Source of the DNA: Acanthaster planci
Lineage: Eukaryota
Length of the DNA stretch: 64,000 nucleotides
Reading direction: 5' to 3'
NCBI RefSeq assembly: GCF_001949145.1
Contig: NW_019091361.1
Coordinates: 1,900,866 to 1,964,865, forward strand
Positions 1 through 10,942 of the stretch are shown piece after piece. How positions within the stretch are numbered: the stretch's first letter is position 1; every line of letters starts with the position of its first letter. The position numbers were made by a program, and so were the translations under genes. The notes beneath the pieces are model-generated. The model made no database searches, was not told the DNA's origin, and worked only from the letters and a program-made list of their open reading frames with translations.

Positions 1-354
1 GATTTCCAAAATGGTGAATGGAGAGATGCCATTTGCATGTCAAAGAATTAGCTTGGCATTCCTTGGAGTGTGTACTACTACTGTAGCAAAGCACTGGTCA
101 GCCATTAAAAGTCAATATTGAAGTGATTTGGAGGACAGAGCAGAGCAAGGAATAATCACCTGTCACTGGACACACCTCTAAAAAGAGGTCATCAGTATTG
201 CAGATGCAAACATAGAGGGATTGTCTAACATTTTCCACGAGAAGAGCCTTTTCTTCATGAGATGAATGTCTGCTTCTAGACTGTGAGGAAACTTGAACCC
301 CCCCCACCAGGAGCTCATTTGTTGGTATTTTCTGTTAATTGTTTTTGTAAACAG

Positions 355-594
355 GTGTTCTCACACCGAGCCCTGAGCTCACCATTAGCCCCCGTCGCTC
401 ACCGCGCAAGCGCCAGCAACCAAAGCAGAGTCCACAGACAGAGGAAGCCCATCCCATGGCTGTCCACATGGGCCCCCTGCCTAGGCAAGCTACACTGTTC
501 CGTAACCACGCCTTCCTGGTGACTCACGGCGAGGTCAAGAAGCCCCCCAAGCAGATGTCGTCATCGGACGAAAGCAGCGGAGAAGAACATGATA
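355..594 (+). CDS. TP53BP1: TP53-binding protein 1, internal exon (start of BRCT1)
   Basis: ACAG|GT acceptor, A|GTAAG donor; encodes GPLPRQATLFRNHAFLVT, matching 53BP1 GPLPLNKTLFLGYAFLLT. Upstream exons lie outside the window. Confidence 0.88.
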
Positions 595-1012
595 GTAAGA
601 GTGCAACACTGTCATTCATCCATTTTATCTCTGGAAGTGACAGGCATACAAAATCAATTCCATATTTGCATTGTCACTGGGAGACATTGTCAGTGTTGTC
701 GTCAAGACCACTTTAAGACCATCACAAAACCTGTCACCTGAATTCAAATCAATAGCTGTTCAAATAAGCTGCAATAACAGCACTCCTTTGTCATTGTTCA
801 CCCTGTTACTTATGTCTGGGCTTTTGAATGGTCTTGTGTATGGTCTTACGATGGTTTCGACTACAACTCTGGTACGCTTCCCCCTACTCACTAAGTTTCA
901 GCGTTAGTTGCATGTGCTTGTTTGTGTATATAATGAAACAGTAAAAGAAGTATGTTCAGTGTTTGCTAGCACAACTCTTGGATTTCAAGTTGCATTTTTC
1001 TCTGTGCCGTAG

Positions 1013-1107
1013 ATGAGATGGAGATGGTGCCCTTTGACCGTGCCTATGCCGTTCAACAGATCCAGTCTGGAGGAGGGCTGGTTTTGTCTGACTTCAACAA
1101 GTCACAG
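1013..1107 (+). CDS. TP53BP1: TP53BP1 exon (BRCT1)
   Basis: TAG|AT ... CAG|GTCAGT; EMVPFDRAYAVQQIQSGGGLVLSDFNKSQ resembles 53BP1 IPPFNKQYTESQLRAGAGYILEDFNEAQ; phase consistent. Confidence 0.88.
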
Positions 1108-1562
1108 GTCAGTAAACCTAACCCCTAATAAAAGGGGTGTCTCTAATTCTGGCACCCAGATATCCAAGCTAGCCCCCATAGAGTGTCAGTCCAGTAAAAC
1201 CTGAAAAAATAGACTTAAAGCAACTTTCTTTTATGTTGTCAGTGCTTATAGCGTTGGGATTAAGTTGTACTTACAAAGTCAACAGATGGACTGAATGATC
1301 TTGCTTTTTATTTTTGACTCAATGGCTGTTCTGTTTTTCTGTGAATTGTTTTTCCATGTCTGTCTTTGTTTTGTGTTGTTTTTTGAGGTTTCTTTCGTTT
1401 GCTTTTTACAGAGAGCGTAATTTCCCTTTGAGCCTCATTGAACATTTATAGTGCTGTTAATGTCCTAAAAAAGATGATGTAACAGACACCCATTTCTTGT
1501 TCCTTTGCAATTCACCAGTGGTACTTGCTCATCACAGATTTTTGCCCAAACTCTTTCATCAG

Positions 1563-1685
1563 ATTACCAAGATGAAAGTACTGCTGATAGCCAACACCTA
1601 CTGCCGCACCAAGAAATACTTCCAAGCCCTGGCTGCCGGCATTCCCTGCATCTCCCACCTCTGGCTACGAGACTGCTGTAAATCG
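1563..1685 (+). CDS. TP53BP1: TP53BP1 exon (BRCT1)
   Basis: 123 nt AG/GT-bounded exon; LLIANTYCRTKKYFQALAAGIPCISHLWLRDCC resembles 53BP1 LLIADQHCRTRKYFLCLASGIPCVSHVWVHDSC. Confidence 0.92.
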
Positions 1686-2069
1686 GTACGGGAAGGCAGT
1701 GGAATTTAATAGGTTTGGGCAGTAGTGTGGCAGGTGCGGGGGAGTGAATTACACATTGCAGTGGGATAGAGGTTATAAGAGCAAAAGAGGGATGCTGAGA
1801 AAGCATTGCCGAGATGTTAACGAAGAAAAGTTAGAATTGCAAAAATCTTAATTTGCAGGAGGCAACCATGCTTATAAAGCAAAGGGAAATGGTGAAAATA
1901 GATTGACTGGAACAAAAATTATATTGAGGACAGTTAGATACAGCCCTGGGTTTGGACAAGGAATGAGATGAAAATGTTCCTGGATAGCAAAGATGTAGAG
2001 CCTTTATTATCTATTGATTACTGTACTTCCACCAAAACCAGTCTGTTTTTGCCTGAATTCACCAGTGTA

Positions 2070-2528
2070 CAGGGTGTATCAAAATATAGGAGACCCTAAT
2101 TCAACCATAATTTATAGGAAAACTGCAGATTTCTTAATTAAGCATTAATATGTCTCAAAAGGCCTGAATAATTTCTTTCCAATGACACCTTAATGTCATT
2201 GGTTGACAGTGTCACGGTTGAATGAGTAACATGCATTGTTGACCAGCAGGTGAAATTTGCACTGTGATAAATTTAACTGTACAGTAGATGATGCACATTT
2301 GAATGTGCTTTGGCCAACACAAGCAAGCACTTTTGAATGTGTCAGAGTGCAAATGTCACCTGCTGGTCAACAATGTATTGTTACTTGTTCAACCGTGACA
2401 TTGAACACATGATCAAGGTGTCATTTAAAAGAAGACATTTTAGGCCTTTCTGGAGATATATAATACTTAATTAAGAAATCTGCAGTTTTCCTATAAATTG
2501 TGGTTGAATTAGGGTCTTCTTTTCCCTG
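2070..2528. mobile_element. Tc1/mariner-like MITE with long terminal inverted repeats
   Basis: TA|CAGGGTG ... CCCTG|TA; ~200-bp imperfect inverted arms (gaccctaattcaaccataatttataggaaaactgcagatttcttaattaag and its reverse complement). Confidence 0.75.
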
Positions 2529-2938
2529 TACATGTAGTGTAGCTGCCAGTGACGTTCAGGGACAATTATCCATTCCTCCAGGCAATTATTTTGACGCCAC
2601 CGAAACCCGTCTCCTAATAATATTGCCCCATCACTGCTACTTTTGCCATAATAAACTGAGTCTCCAAATCTCCATTTTACACCTCCAAAGTATCTTGATC
2701 CTGTCCCAAGCTGTTAGCCCTTGAATGTGAAGTTTTAAAACTTCAGATGAAACCATGTTGTTTTTTTAAGATTACCTCAACAGTGATTAAACTGTTCAGT
2801 TTACAATGTTTACACAAAAACATATGTGAGTTTTCGTTTGGATGCTCACAGAGGTTTGAAATAGGATTTTTTGTAAAGTAGGTTTTTTTTAAAATCAATT
2901 TTCAACTGATTCTTAAGCTGTTTCCTTTGTCTCTGTAG

Positions 2939-3012
2939 GGGAAATTGGAGAACTACAGGAGCTACCTCCTGCCCGCTGGCGAGAGCCTGGAAGAAAATGC
3001 ACTGATGGAAAT
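2939..3012 (+). CDS. TP53BP1: TP53BP1 exon (BRCT linker)
   Basis: TGTAG|GG ... AT|GTAAGT; GKLENYRSYLLPAGESLEE resembles QLQNYRNYLLPAGYSLEE. Confidence 0.9.
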
Positions 3013-3160
3013 GTAAGTTGTGAAGTTGGAATCTCAGATAATATATAAAAGGGCTTGTTTGTTAGTGCCCGGAAGTGGTTTTAAAGTTTGGATGAGCGCT
3101 AAACATCTGTGTAAGTACTCCATGTTATGACATTGTTTGGCCTTTTTTTTCCACTTATAG

Positions 3161-3312
3161 CCAACCAAATCGCTCCATTCTTGCTGGTATGAGCATGTGT
3201 ATGGTGTCCGACCTCGAGGGCGTTCAGGACACATGGAGATCCATCCTCATAGCTGCTGGATGCCACATGGTCTCCAGACTACCCTCCAATCTGGAATTGA
3301 CTAAAAATCCAG
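3161..3312 (+). CDS. TP53BP1: TP53BP1 exon (BRCT2)
   Basis: TATAG|C ... CCAG|GTAC; QPNRSILAGMSMCMVSDLEGVQDTWRSILIAAG resembles QPRENPFQNLKVLLVSD...WSEILMTGG; phases fit both neighbours. Confidence 0.85.
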
Positions 3313-3530
3313 GTACATTGTTCATGCAAAAGTAGTGTTGGATTTTTAATACCCCTTCATATGTTCTCCTGATATCTATTCATCTTTCTGAGCAAGGGGC
3401 TTAAGTTGATTTCACTGATTAATAATAAACACAGCACACAAATGTAAGGATTTGGAATACTGTAAAAGAGGACAGGAGAGAAAGACAGCCAAGCCTCATC
3501 CTCCAAGATCGTATCAAGAACTCAATCAGC

Positions 3531-3820
3531 CAGTGGTGTAGCTATGATTTTACTAGTGGGAGGGGGGCACCAAAGGGAGCCCAGCATCTTGTGGTTGGGC
3601 ACCAGCTTTCAGTGGTGGGGCACCAGCTTTCAGTGGTGGGGTACCAGCTTTTCAGTGGTGGGGTACCAGCTTTCAGTGGTGGGGTACCAGCTTTTCAGTG
3701 GTGTGGTTTTGGGGGGCAAGTTTTTGTTTGCCTGGTTCAGTATCCATTCATCCATTTTTTTCAGGGGGGGCACTGGGAATTGGGGGGGGGGCACATACCC
3801 CGCCTGTGCCTACGCCTCTG
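3531..3820. mobile_element. Non-autonomous DNA element (CAGTGG(C/T)GTA...TACGCC(A/T)CTG ends) with internal 21-22 bp tandem repeat
   Basis: Terminal inverted repeats; ~5 copies of (c/t)accagctttcagtggtgggg at ~3600-3705. Related ends at 7841-8005, 25696-25952, 26584 and 33090-33099. Confidence 0.6.
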
Positions 3821-4351
3821 CAATCGGCGTAAAGAGATGCAAGTAGTGGTTCAAATGCAGGCAACCGTGACTTGAATTTCTTGTTCTAAACACCAATTTA
3901 CAACAGGACTCAGTTGAAACACATTTATTGGTTGTTATGCCTCCGTTTGGTCTTTGCATAGATTGCCACAGTTTGTTAAAAATGTAAAACACTTTAGTCC
4001 ATGATTGGTGCTTCCTTGGTATGCTGTATTAGCATGGCATACAAACCATCAAGGTAAGCCTTAGGCTATGTCAAAGTTATGGTTGTGGCTAGAAATAACA
4101 TGTAAACCAATGGAAGCCACTGATTTAGTGGCTACATCCATTTCTCATAGACGTGCATGGTAGTCCCTACCCTAGCCGGTTCATTTCGACATGCCTTGTC
4201 TTCCAACTTCTTGGCAGGCTCTAGTACCCGTCTGTGCTCATACTCAAAGCCACCCTACTCTGCCTAGACATTTTGCAACTTTCAGTTTCTCGGTCGTGAC
4301 AATTGTTAGAAAAATCCACTGTTGGAATTAAACACAGATGGTCCCAACGTT

Positions 4352-4480
4352 TGCCTGATGTATGAAAGAGTTCGATGCCTGATATGTGAAAGAGTTTGAT
4401 GCCGGGCCTCATATATGAAAGAGTTTGATGCCTCATTTTTTGAAAGTGTTTGATGCTTCATATATGAAAGAGTTTGATGT
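4352..4480. repeat. Degenerate ~24-27 bp tandem repeat
   Basis: About 5 copies of tatgaaagagtttgatgcc-like units. Confidence 0.7.
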
Positions 4481-5116
4481 TCATTTGATGTCCGTGCTAG
4501 AGAGGATGGAATCGTGTTGAGCTTAATTCTCTCAACTCAAGATTGAATCCATGCAACTGAAGCTTAAGGCTGGGCCAATTTGAATAATTGAATAATCGGA
4601 TATCTGACCTTCGACATTGATTACATATTCATATACTTGATTACTTCAAACAGACACAAAAACAGAAATTTATGTTTGTGTGGTGGTGAACCAATCGATG
4701 GTTGAGCTTCATTCTGTAGTTAATGGATGAGAATTGGGGTCTACTTAAAAGTTATACTGACAAAAATCCAGTTAGGGATTTTATTTCCTCACAACTTAAA
4801 GTTAAAACAAGAAAAATTGGAAGAGTAATTTAATTTTGTGGTCTTGCTGCTTAGCATATTTGTCAGCTGTGTTTGTTTACTCTTTAAAGCTTTGAAATAT
4901 GCTCAGAAAACAGTGTCAAGAAATTTCACTGATTTCCACCTTCAAATATTTGATTTAAAAACATGTATTTGAACATATGAGAAGCGATTGAATATTTTGC
5001 ACAGGCCTGCTGAAGCTTGACGTTAGACGAGAGAAACAAAATGATGTGTGGAAAACCCCTTTGATGCTTCAGGAGAAAGTTTACCACCTCACTCTCTGTA
5101 CTATTGTTGCTAACAG

Positions 5117-5310
5117 ATATTTCGCTGGACTGTGATGTAATCGTGACGGATCCGTCCTGTCCCCGCTCCCTCCTCCACCGTGCCCAACAGCTCGACATCC
5201 CCGTGGTCTCCTGTGAGTGGGTCATCCAGTGCCTCATCAACGGCGTCAGGGTGGACTACAGGGGTCATGAGAAGTACAGGTGGAGCCACCGCGACAAGCC
5301 CCCAAGGTGA
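5117..5310 (+). CDS. TP53BP1: TP53BP1 terminal coding exon (BRCT2 end, stop TGA)
   Basis: [45 protein letters not shown] resembles 53BP1 [38 protein letters not shown]. Confidence 0.93.
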
Positions 5311-6397
5311 ATGCTGGAAGAAGATCTGTTGTTTGGTCTGGTCTCTACTTGCCTTCTGAGACATTCCTCACTCTGAAACTATGAACTGTCGGACTGGGGG
5401 AAATGTGTCTGTCTGTGAGAGTCTCAAGTTTGAATGGTTCAGAATGCAGGAATCTACAGAGTGTATAGTATGTACATGTACTAATGCAGGATATATACAG
5501 CACTCCCTCTCTCCATACACCACTCCTCATATAATGACCTGCTCTACAAAACTGAGTCACGTCGCCAGAGCCACTTTTGAGTCAGTGGCCTTTTTACAGA
5601 ATCTTGCACAGTGCTTAAGCAATAGCAGTCCTCGACATTTTAAAATCTACACAACGTTCACTTCCATCATACCAGACTGAGTGACACATCAAGACATAAA
5701 GCTCAAATTCCTCAATCCAATACAGAGCAAAACTCAAAAGGTGGCTCCCTTGACATGGGACTCATTTTTGCGGAGCAGGTCGTGTATCATAAATATAAAG
5801 GTGCTTCATAGCTCACAAATCACACCCAGAAAATCTGTGTGTGCTTGTTTTTTACAAGATTGTTTGAATAAAGAAAATGTGTCAAGGGTACTATTTGGCA
5901 GTTTTCTAGTCAGTCTATCCTTAGTCTATATCAAGTCCAGGGACTGGCCAATTCAGTCTTGTGCCAGGTCATAATCTATTCATTGAAGTTTTCTAAGAGT
6001 ACTCCTTTATCCTTGTTTATCGTTGCACTTATGTACGCCTGGACTTGTGACTTGACATTTACGGGGATGTATGATCGACTTGACTGTGGCACTGGTTCTA
6101 GATTGGAAAGGAATTTACAGTCACTATTCCATGAATTTTTTCTCCTGTAATTACATCAGAGGTTTGACAGCATCAGTTTGCTTGACTTAGACATTGAGGT
6201 AGTCATAAATGGGAATGATAATGATATAGTTTTGAAGTAGGGGATTTTGGAGATGTTGGACAATTTCCCCTTTGAGATCTGTCTTGCTTGTGCGAAAGAA
6301 TGACAAAGAATCATTGGGCCTGTCCAGTTTGTTTCCCAATGGTAATTTTGCTATGCAAATGAATCTGTAGATTGCCAGTTGATGTGTTCCTGGGTAA

Positions 6398-6574
6398 AGG
6401 CCGGTTCATAATTACAGACGAATACGAAAGTGAAGCGAATTTGATGTCATGAAAGATTTGCAGTGAAATTTTGCTCGAGTTGAAATGTGTTTGAGTTTTG
6501 TGAATTTGTAGTGCAAATATTTGATCTGACGTTACAAATTCGTGTTTGCTTTCGCTCCAACTATGAACCGGCCT
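6398..6574. mobile_element. PIF/Harbinger-like MITE
   Basis: TAA|AGGCCGGTTCATA ... TATGAACCGGCCT|TAA: 13-bp TIR with TAA flanks. Confidence 0.65.
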
Positions 6575-6612
6575 TAAGGGCTCCCTGTGCCAACAAGAGA
6601 TGGTAGAATGTA

Positions 6613-6812
6613 GGTTGGAGAGAATGGATACCTGCCAGTTACCCCATGACTGGCTGGAGAGAATGGATACCTGCCAGTTTATACCCCATGACTGGCTGGA
6701 GAGAATGGATACCTGCCAGTTACCCCATGACTGGCTGGAGAGAATGGATACCTGCCAGATACCCCATGACTGGCTGGAGAGAATGGATACCTGCTAGTGT
6801 ATACCCCATGAC
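6613..6812. repeat. Minisatellite, ~39-41 bp unit x5
   Basis: tggctggagagaatggatacctgccagttaccccatgac repeated. Confidence 0.9.
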
Positions 6813-7840
6813 ATGATTTGCCAGTTATTCAGTTTTCTTCACGTTGCTCATTTCTTGAAAAAGAGTCATATTCAACAAAGCCTCAGTTTGCAGACGTGGA
6901 TTAGACTTTCTTGTCTTCGTCAATGAGTGCACAGGTAGCCTTAAAATTAACCTGCAATCGTGAACTTAGGGCTAGAAAAGTCTGAACTCACGTACATAAA
7001 AAATTCCAGTCTATTCATCAGCAGCTGTAGAGAGTAGGAAACTTGTTGACAACATAACATACATGTACATGTAAAGTAGAATTTTTATACATTTTATATT
7101 TACCTTGCTACAAGGCTTACTCCAAAGTGATGTAAGAAAACACCAACTTTAACTTACGTCTTGGAGCAAAATTTACTGAAATGTTGGTTGCCCAGATTAC
7201 TGATATAAGAACAGTAATGAGTGTTTAATGTATTAAAAACATTACATTTATTATTGTAAATAATTATTTTGCAAAAATGGCCATGGAATTATGTATTTTT
7301 GACATTCTTAGAGTATTGTTTTTAATACAAGATTTGGGAGAAATGACAGTTATTTTCCCTGAAATACAGCGTTTGTATTTGCTTGTTGATACATTTGAAT
7401 GGTGTTTGTTTCTTTTCTGTTTTTTTTCTAGGTCTTTAAGGGACTGGTTCCCCTTTTCAGTTCCGCTGGTAACACCCCTTTTTCACAAACTGCTTTCACC
7501 TTAACCTTTATTCGTTACTGTTTATACTTTAGAGCGGGTTTAGGGTAGAGATGTCAAGCAGTTAGCAATACACTAATACCGTAAGCCTCGCCTACTGCGC
7601 ACGTGAGCTCTTAGCACGTGTTCTTCTCCAATACAACGCTACATGTTCCAGCCGCGCGCATCATACGCGCTTGCACACGTTGGACTTTCGCACAAGCATT
7701 TACCTTTAATTTCCGGGTGGTGGGGGTTGAGATGCCTATGCATACATAACTTACAAAGGCCAGGTCATGGGGGGGGGGCAGGGAAGCCATGACGACCTCG
7801 TTTTATTGCAAACTGTGTGAAGTAGAAAAAGGCATAGGAT

Positions 7841-8005
7841 CAGTGGCGTAACGACAGGGAGTACGCCCCCCCTTGAAATCAGAATAATCTTCGTTGAGTT
7901 TATATAGCCATTCAGTGGCAGCTTATTTTGTTTGTGGTGCCCCCTTGAAAAAACTTACGTGTACCCCCTAGTGCCCCTCGGACATTTAGCCCACTTGTGC
8001 CACTG
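7841..8005. mobile_element. CAGTGGCGTA-type MITE
   Basis: cagtggcgtaa ... ttgtgccactg inverted ends. Confidence 0.55.
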
Positions 8006-10235
8006 CGTAGGAAGTTCAGGCAATTAACGTTACAGCATTTACTGTAACGTCATGAGCATTAAAGGTCAGTTTAACACTCAAGCAGCAACTGGCAGACCAT
8101 AGAATGTGTTGGTTATGGGTAACCGTTATAGCGTATACCTCGCCCGTGCTCCAATCAACTTACAAAATCAGAATGTCACATTAATTAGAAGTCATAGGCC
8201 ATCGAACCAAAAGAGGACAAATGAGAAAATGAAGCACTTGGGCCTTAAGGGCTCATAAGTAATCAGATTCCCCGTCCTTCATTCACAAAGACTACGTTTT
8301 TATTGTTACCAGTTTATTTTGTGCCCGGAAAATGTAATAGTGCACTGGTTGTAAAGGAACGCCCTTGATGCAGTAAAAAAATATATACCCAGCAAGAAAT
8401 GAGACCGAGGGGTACCTCCAAACATGTCCAATCCCTATACACATTCCAAACTATTGTTACTCAACACATCCCCTCCAAGATGTCTGAAAGGAATTCCCCA
8501 GATTCCTGCGAGACAATGACCAACACAAAGCAGGGGGGGGTTCTCTCCGTCTCATACCATGCTGCATATGTAAAAAAAAGTGTGGGTGTACTGCAAATCA
8601 TTTTGCAGGATTGAAGAGTCTTCTTGGACTCTACCGTTTGGCTGGTTATGTTTAGTGTGAACTATTCAACTAGATCGTCCTGATATTTGACTCAAGGGTG
8701 AACTGAAAAACCGGAAGAATTCAGAGAGTCGTTAAGTTCGTGCGATTTCTCGATCTTAATTGCGCGATTACGCGATCTGGTTGCACAATGTACCAATAAT
8801 TCTGCCACCGGCCATTCGCCCTTTCTTTTTTCGTCGTTATTGGAAGATGGTTTCAAAAAAGGAAGAAAAGTCCAAGATTCTTTACAACACACTACAACGC
8901 GATCTCGCAATCACGCTGATCGACTGATTGCGTCCAGCACTGGTACGGCATATTATTTTGTTGAATCGTCTTGCTTGTTCCTGCCAACATGGAGGAAGGA
9001 ACACCTTCCTCCATGCTGCCAAGAACCAGCCGTGCCCAGAATTGAATTGACATAGAGTTCCTCCTGTATACTCTCTCTTGAACAAGAACAGCTGACCGTA
9101 ACAAGGGGCAAGGGATGGAAGAAACGTATGCTACGTTTTCATCCCTTGGAATAACCAGTTAGGGCAAAACCATTGCATAATGTGCGCCTGCCGTGGATGC
9201 TGATACGAAGCAAGATATGGGCGGATAGCACCCCCTTTGTGTTGGTCATTGTTTGATCAGAATCTCAGGAATTCTTTACAGATATCCGGGGGGGGGTGTT
9301 AGGTAACAGTGGCTAGAGTATATGGATTAATTGGACATGTAAAACGGTACCCCTCCGTCTTATATCTTGCCGGGTACCGGTACATCGATGCCACACGCAG
9401 GAGATTGTGGTAGAGAGCTGACATACGGGAAAATCGATCTGAGATACCAGTCGGACAAGAATGGTTAGAAATAGGTGAATAATCGGACATACCATGGAAT
9501 TATCAAGTTGGCTTTCCCGAGCCCTCTCCCACGAGACAGCTTGCAGTGCGGCCATTCTCAGAACTCAGGTCAATCTCAACACTGCGATTGTTATGGAGGA
9601 CCATTTTGCGCATGACACTCAGCAACGACTTTTTCACCGGTTCACCAACATTGCCCAAGGTAAGGATTTCTCAAGTGAGCAACGTGTGATGATTTGTAAT
9701 TCTATCAAAAATAAACATAAAAATAGTTGTGATGACACGTGTCTTCACGAATTGCTACTTTGCCGGAAAATATCAATGTGTAAGAAATCGCAGAGCTTTG
9801 AAAACCACCTGCTGACTTGAAAACGTTAATTGCAACGTTGTGAAAAATGAGACAACCGTGCATGTTCCTTTACCGAGGCCCAACTTTAAAGTCCGATTTC
9901 GGGTCGCAGCTGTTACGATGACACTATTCTGCAGGTTATTGAATTCTGATTGAATACCATTCTTGTTTTATTATTGTGTCTGTAAATTTATTGTGATTTT
10001 TGAAAAATGACGTTCAATACAGAGCATCGATAAGTTTACAATTTAATTGGAACATGATCTATAGTTGATATCAGGTTGAAATGTATGCAACTTCTCACTG
10101 TCTGTCGTTACAAATCTAACGGTGAAATTCGTGCATGAATATTTTAAATAAAACCGGCAAAGGTCGCATTCAGGTTTGGCCTAATGTGTGTACCATTTAA
10201 GCTTAATGTAAGTACCATTTAAGCTGCAGATACCA

Positions 10236-10249
10236 GTTGCCATGGTAAC
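10236..10249. promoter_or_regulatory. RFX X-box upstream of lectin copy 1 (equivalents at 13737, 17448, 23571, 23979, 27813)
   Basis: GTTGCCATGGTAAC fits the RFX consensus GTNRCC(N0-3)RGYAAC; 188 bp before the ATG. Confidence 0.6.
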
Positions 10250-10423
10250 GTTGGCATAAATGTGTAATGTGGCCCACCAGATTAATGCTCCTTTTCCCGG
10301 CAAATGCTGAATGCACTCAATTTTTAATAATGCTGCCAGCGCAAGTCACAGTTATTGTGACTGGAATTGTTTGGAGGGCTGAACAACCTGAGACACGGAG
10401 AATTCGTATCATACTTTGTTAAG

Positions 10424-10942
10424 ATGTCCCCGTGTTTCGTTTTCGTCTTTCTCGCATTTGCAAGCAGAGCTTTATGCTCATTTCAATCATGCGATCGACG
10501 CCATGGGCTTTGCATAGCTCCCTGGAAGAAATGGGGTAGATTTTGCTACCTCCTCACCAAACAGCCTCTCTCGTATGACGACGCCCGTCATACCTGTCGT
10601 AAGCTGGGAGCCAAGATGGCAGTGCCACGCTCGGACCAGGAGAACGACTTCATGGCAAGAATGGCCCCCGGCCACGCCGTGTGGATTGCGTGCAGCGATC
10701 GAAAGCAGGAAGAAGACTGGAAGTGTGAGGGGTCCGGCGAGTGGAATTACACCAACTGGAAAAGCGATCAGCCTGACAATTATGACATGAATGAGCACTG
10801 TGCAACCATAGTGTCATCAGAGAGGAAATGGAATGACTATGGATGCAACGCTAAGCTGTTGGCTGTTTGTAAATATCAACCTCGTATCCAGTGCTTCACT
10901 GCAAACAGTGAAGGCCGGCTGGAAGCGGATTCCTGTATCTAG
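10424..10942 (+). CDS. Secreted C-type lectin, copy 1 (single exon, 172 aa, QPD/WND)
   Basis: AAGATG start shared by paralogs; hydrophobic signal peptide; CTLD motifs CY, CRKLGAKMA, WIAC, YTNW, QPDN, EHC, WND, AVC. Confidence 0.92.
   Translation: MSPCFVFVFLAFASRALCSFQSCDRRHGLCIAPWKKWGRFCYLLTKQPLSYDDARHTCRKLGAKMAVPRSDQENDFMARMAPGHAVWIACSDRKQEEDWKCEGSGEWNYTNWKSDQPDNYDMNEHCATIVSSERKWNDYGCNAKLLAVCKYQPRIQCFTANSEGRLEADSCI

Noticed and set aside
6600..6797. Repetitive ORF (LERMDTCQLPHDW)n and possible CRISPR-like array
   Set aside because: Head-to-tail minisatellite with no unique spacers, in a eukaryotic context.
8690..9820. Cluster of short ORFs between TP53BP1 and the array
   Set aside because: No recognisable motifs or splice-consistent model; probably decayed repeat DNA.
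10367..10423. N-terminal extension of lectin copy 1 (and MKK of copy 7)
   Set aside because: TTG starts from the ORF track; paralogs all start at the AAGATG methionine.
10487..10798. Recurrent 103-aa antisense ORFs over lectin copies (also 13999, 24221) and alternative-frame MTTP ORFs
   Set aside because: Shadow ORFs replicated by the gene duplications; not retained in all copies; no recognisable domain.
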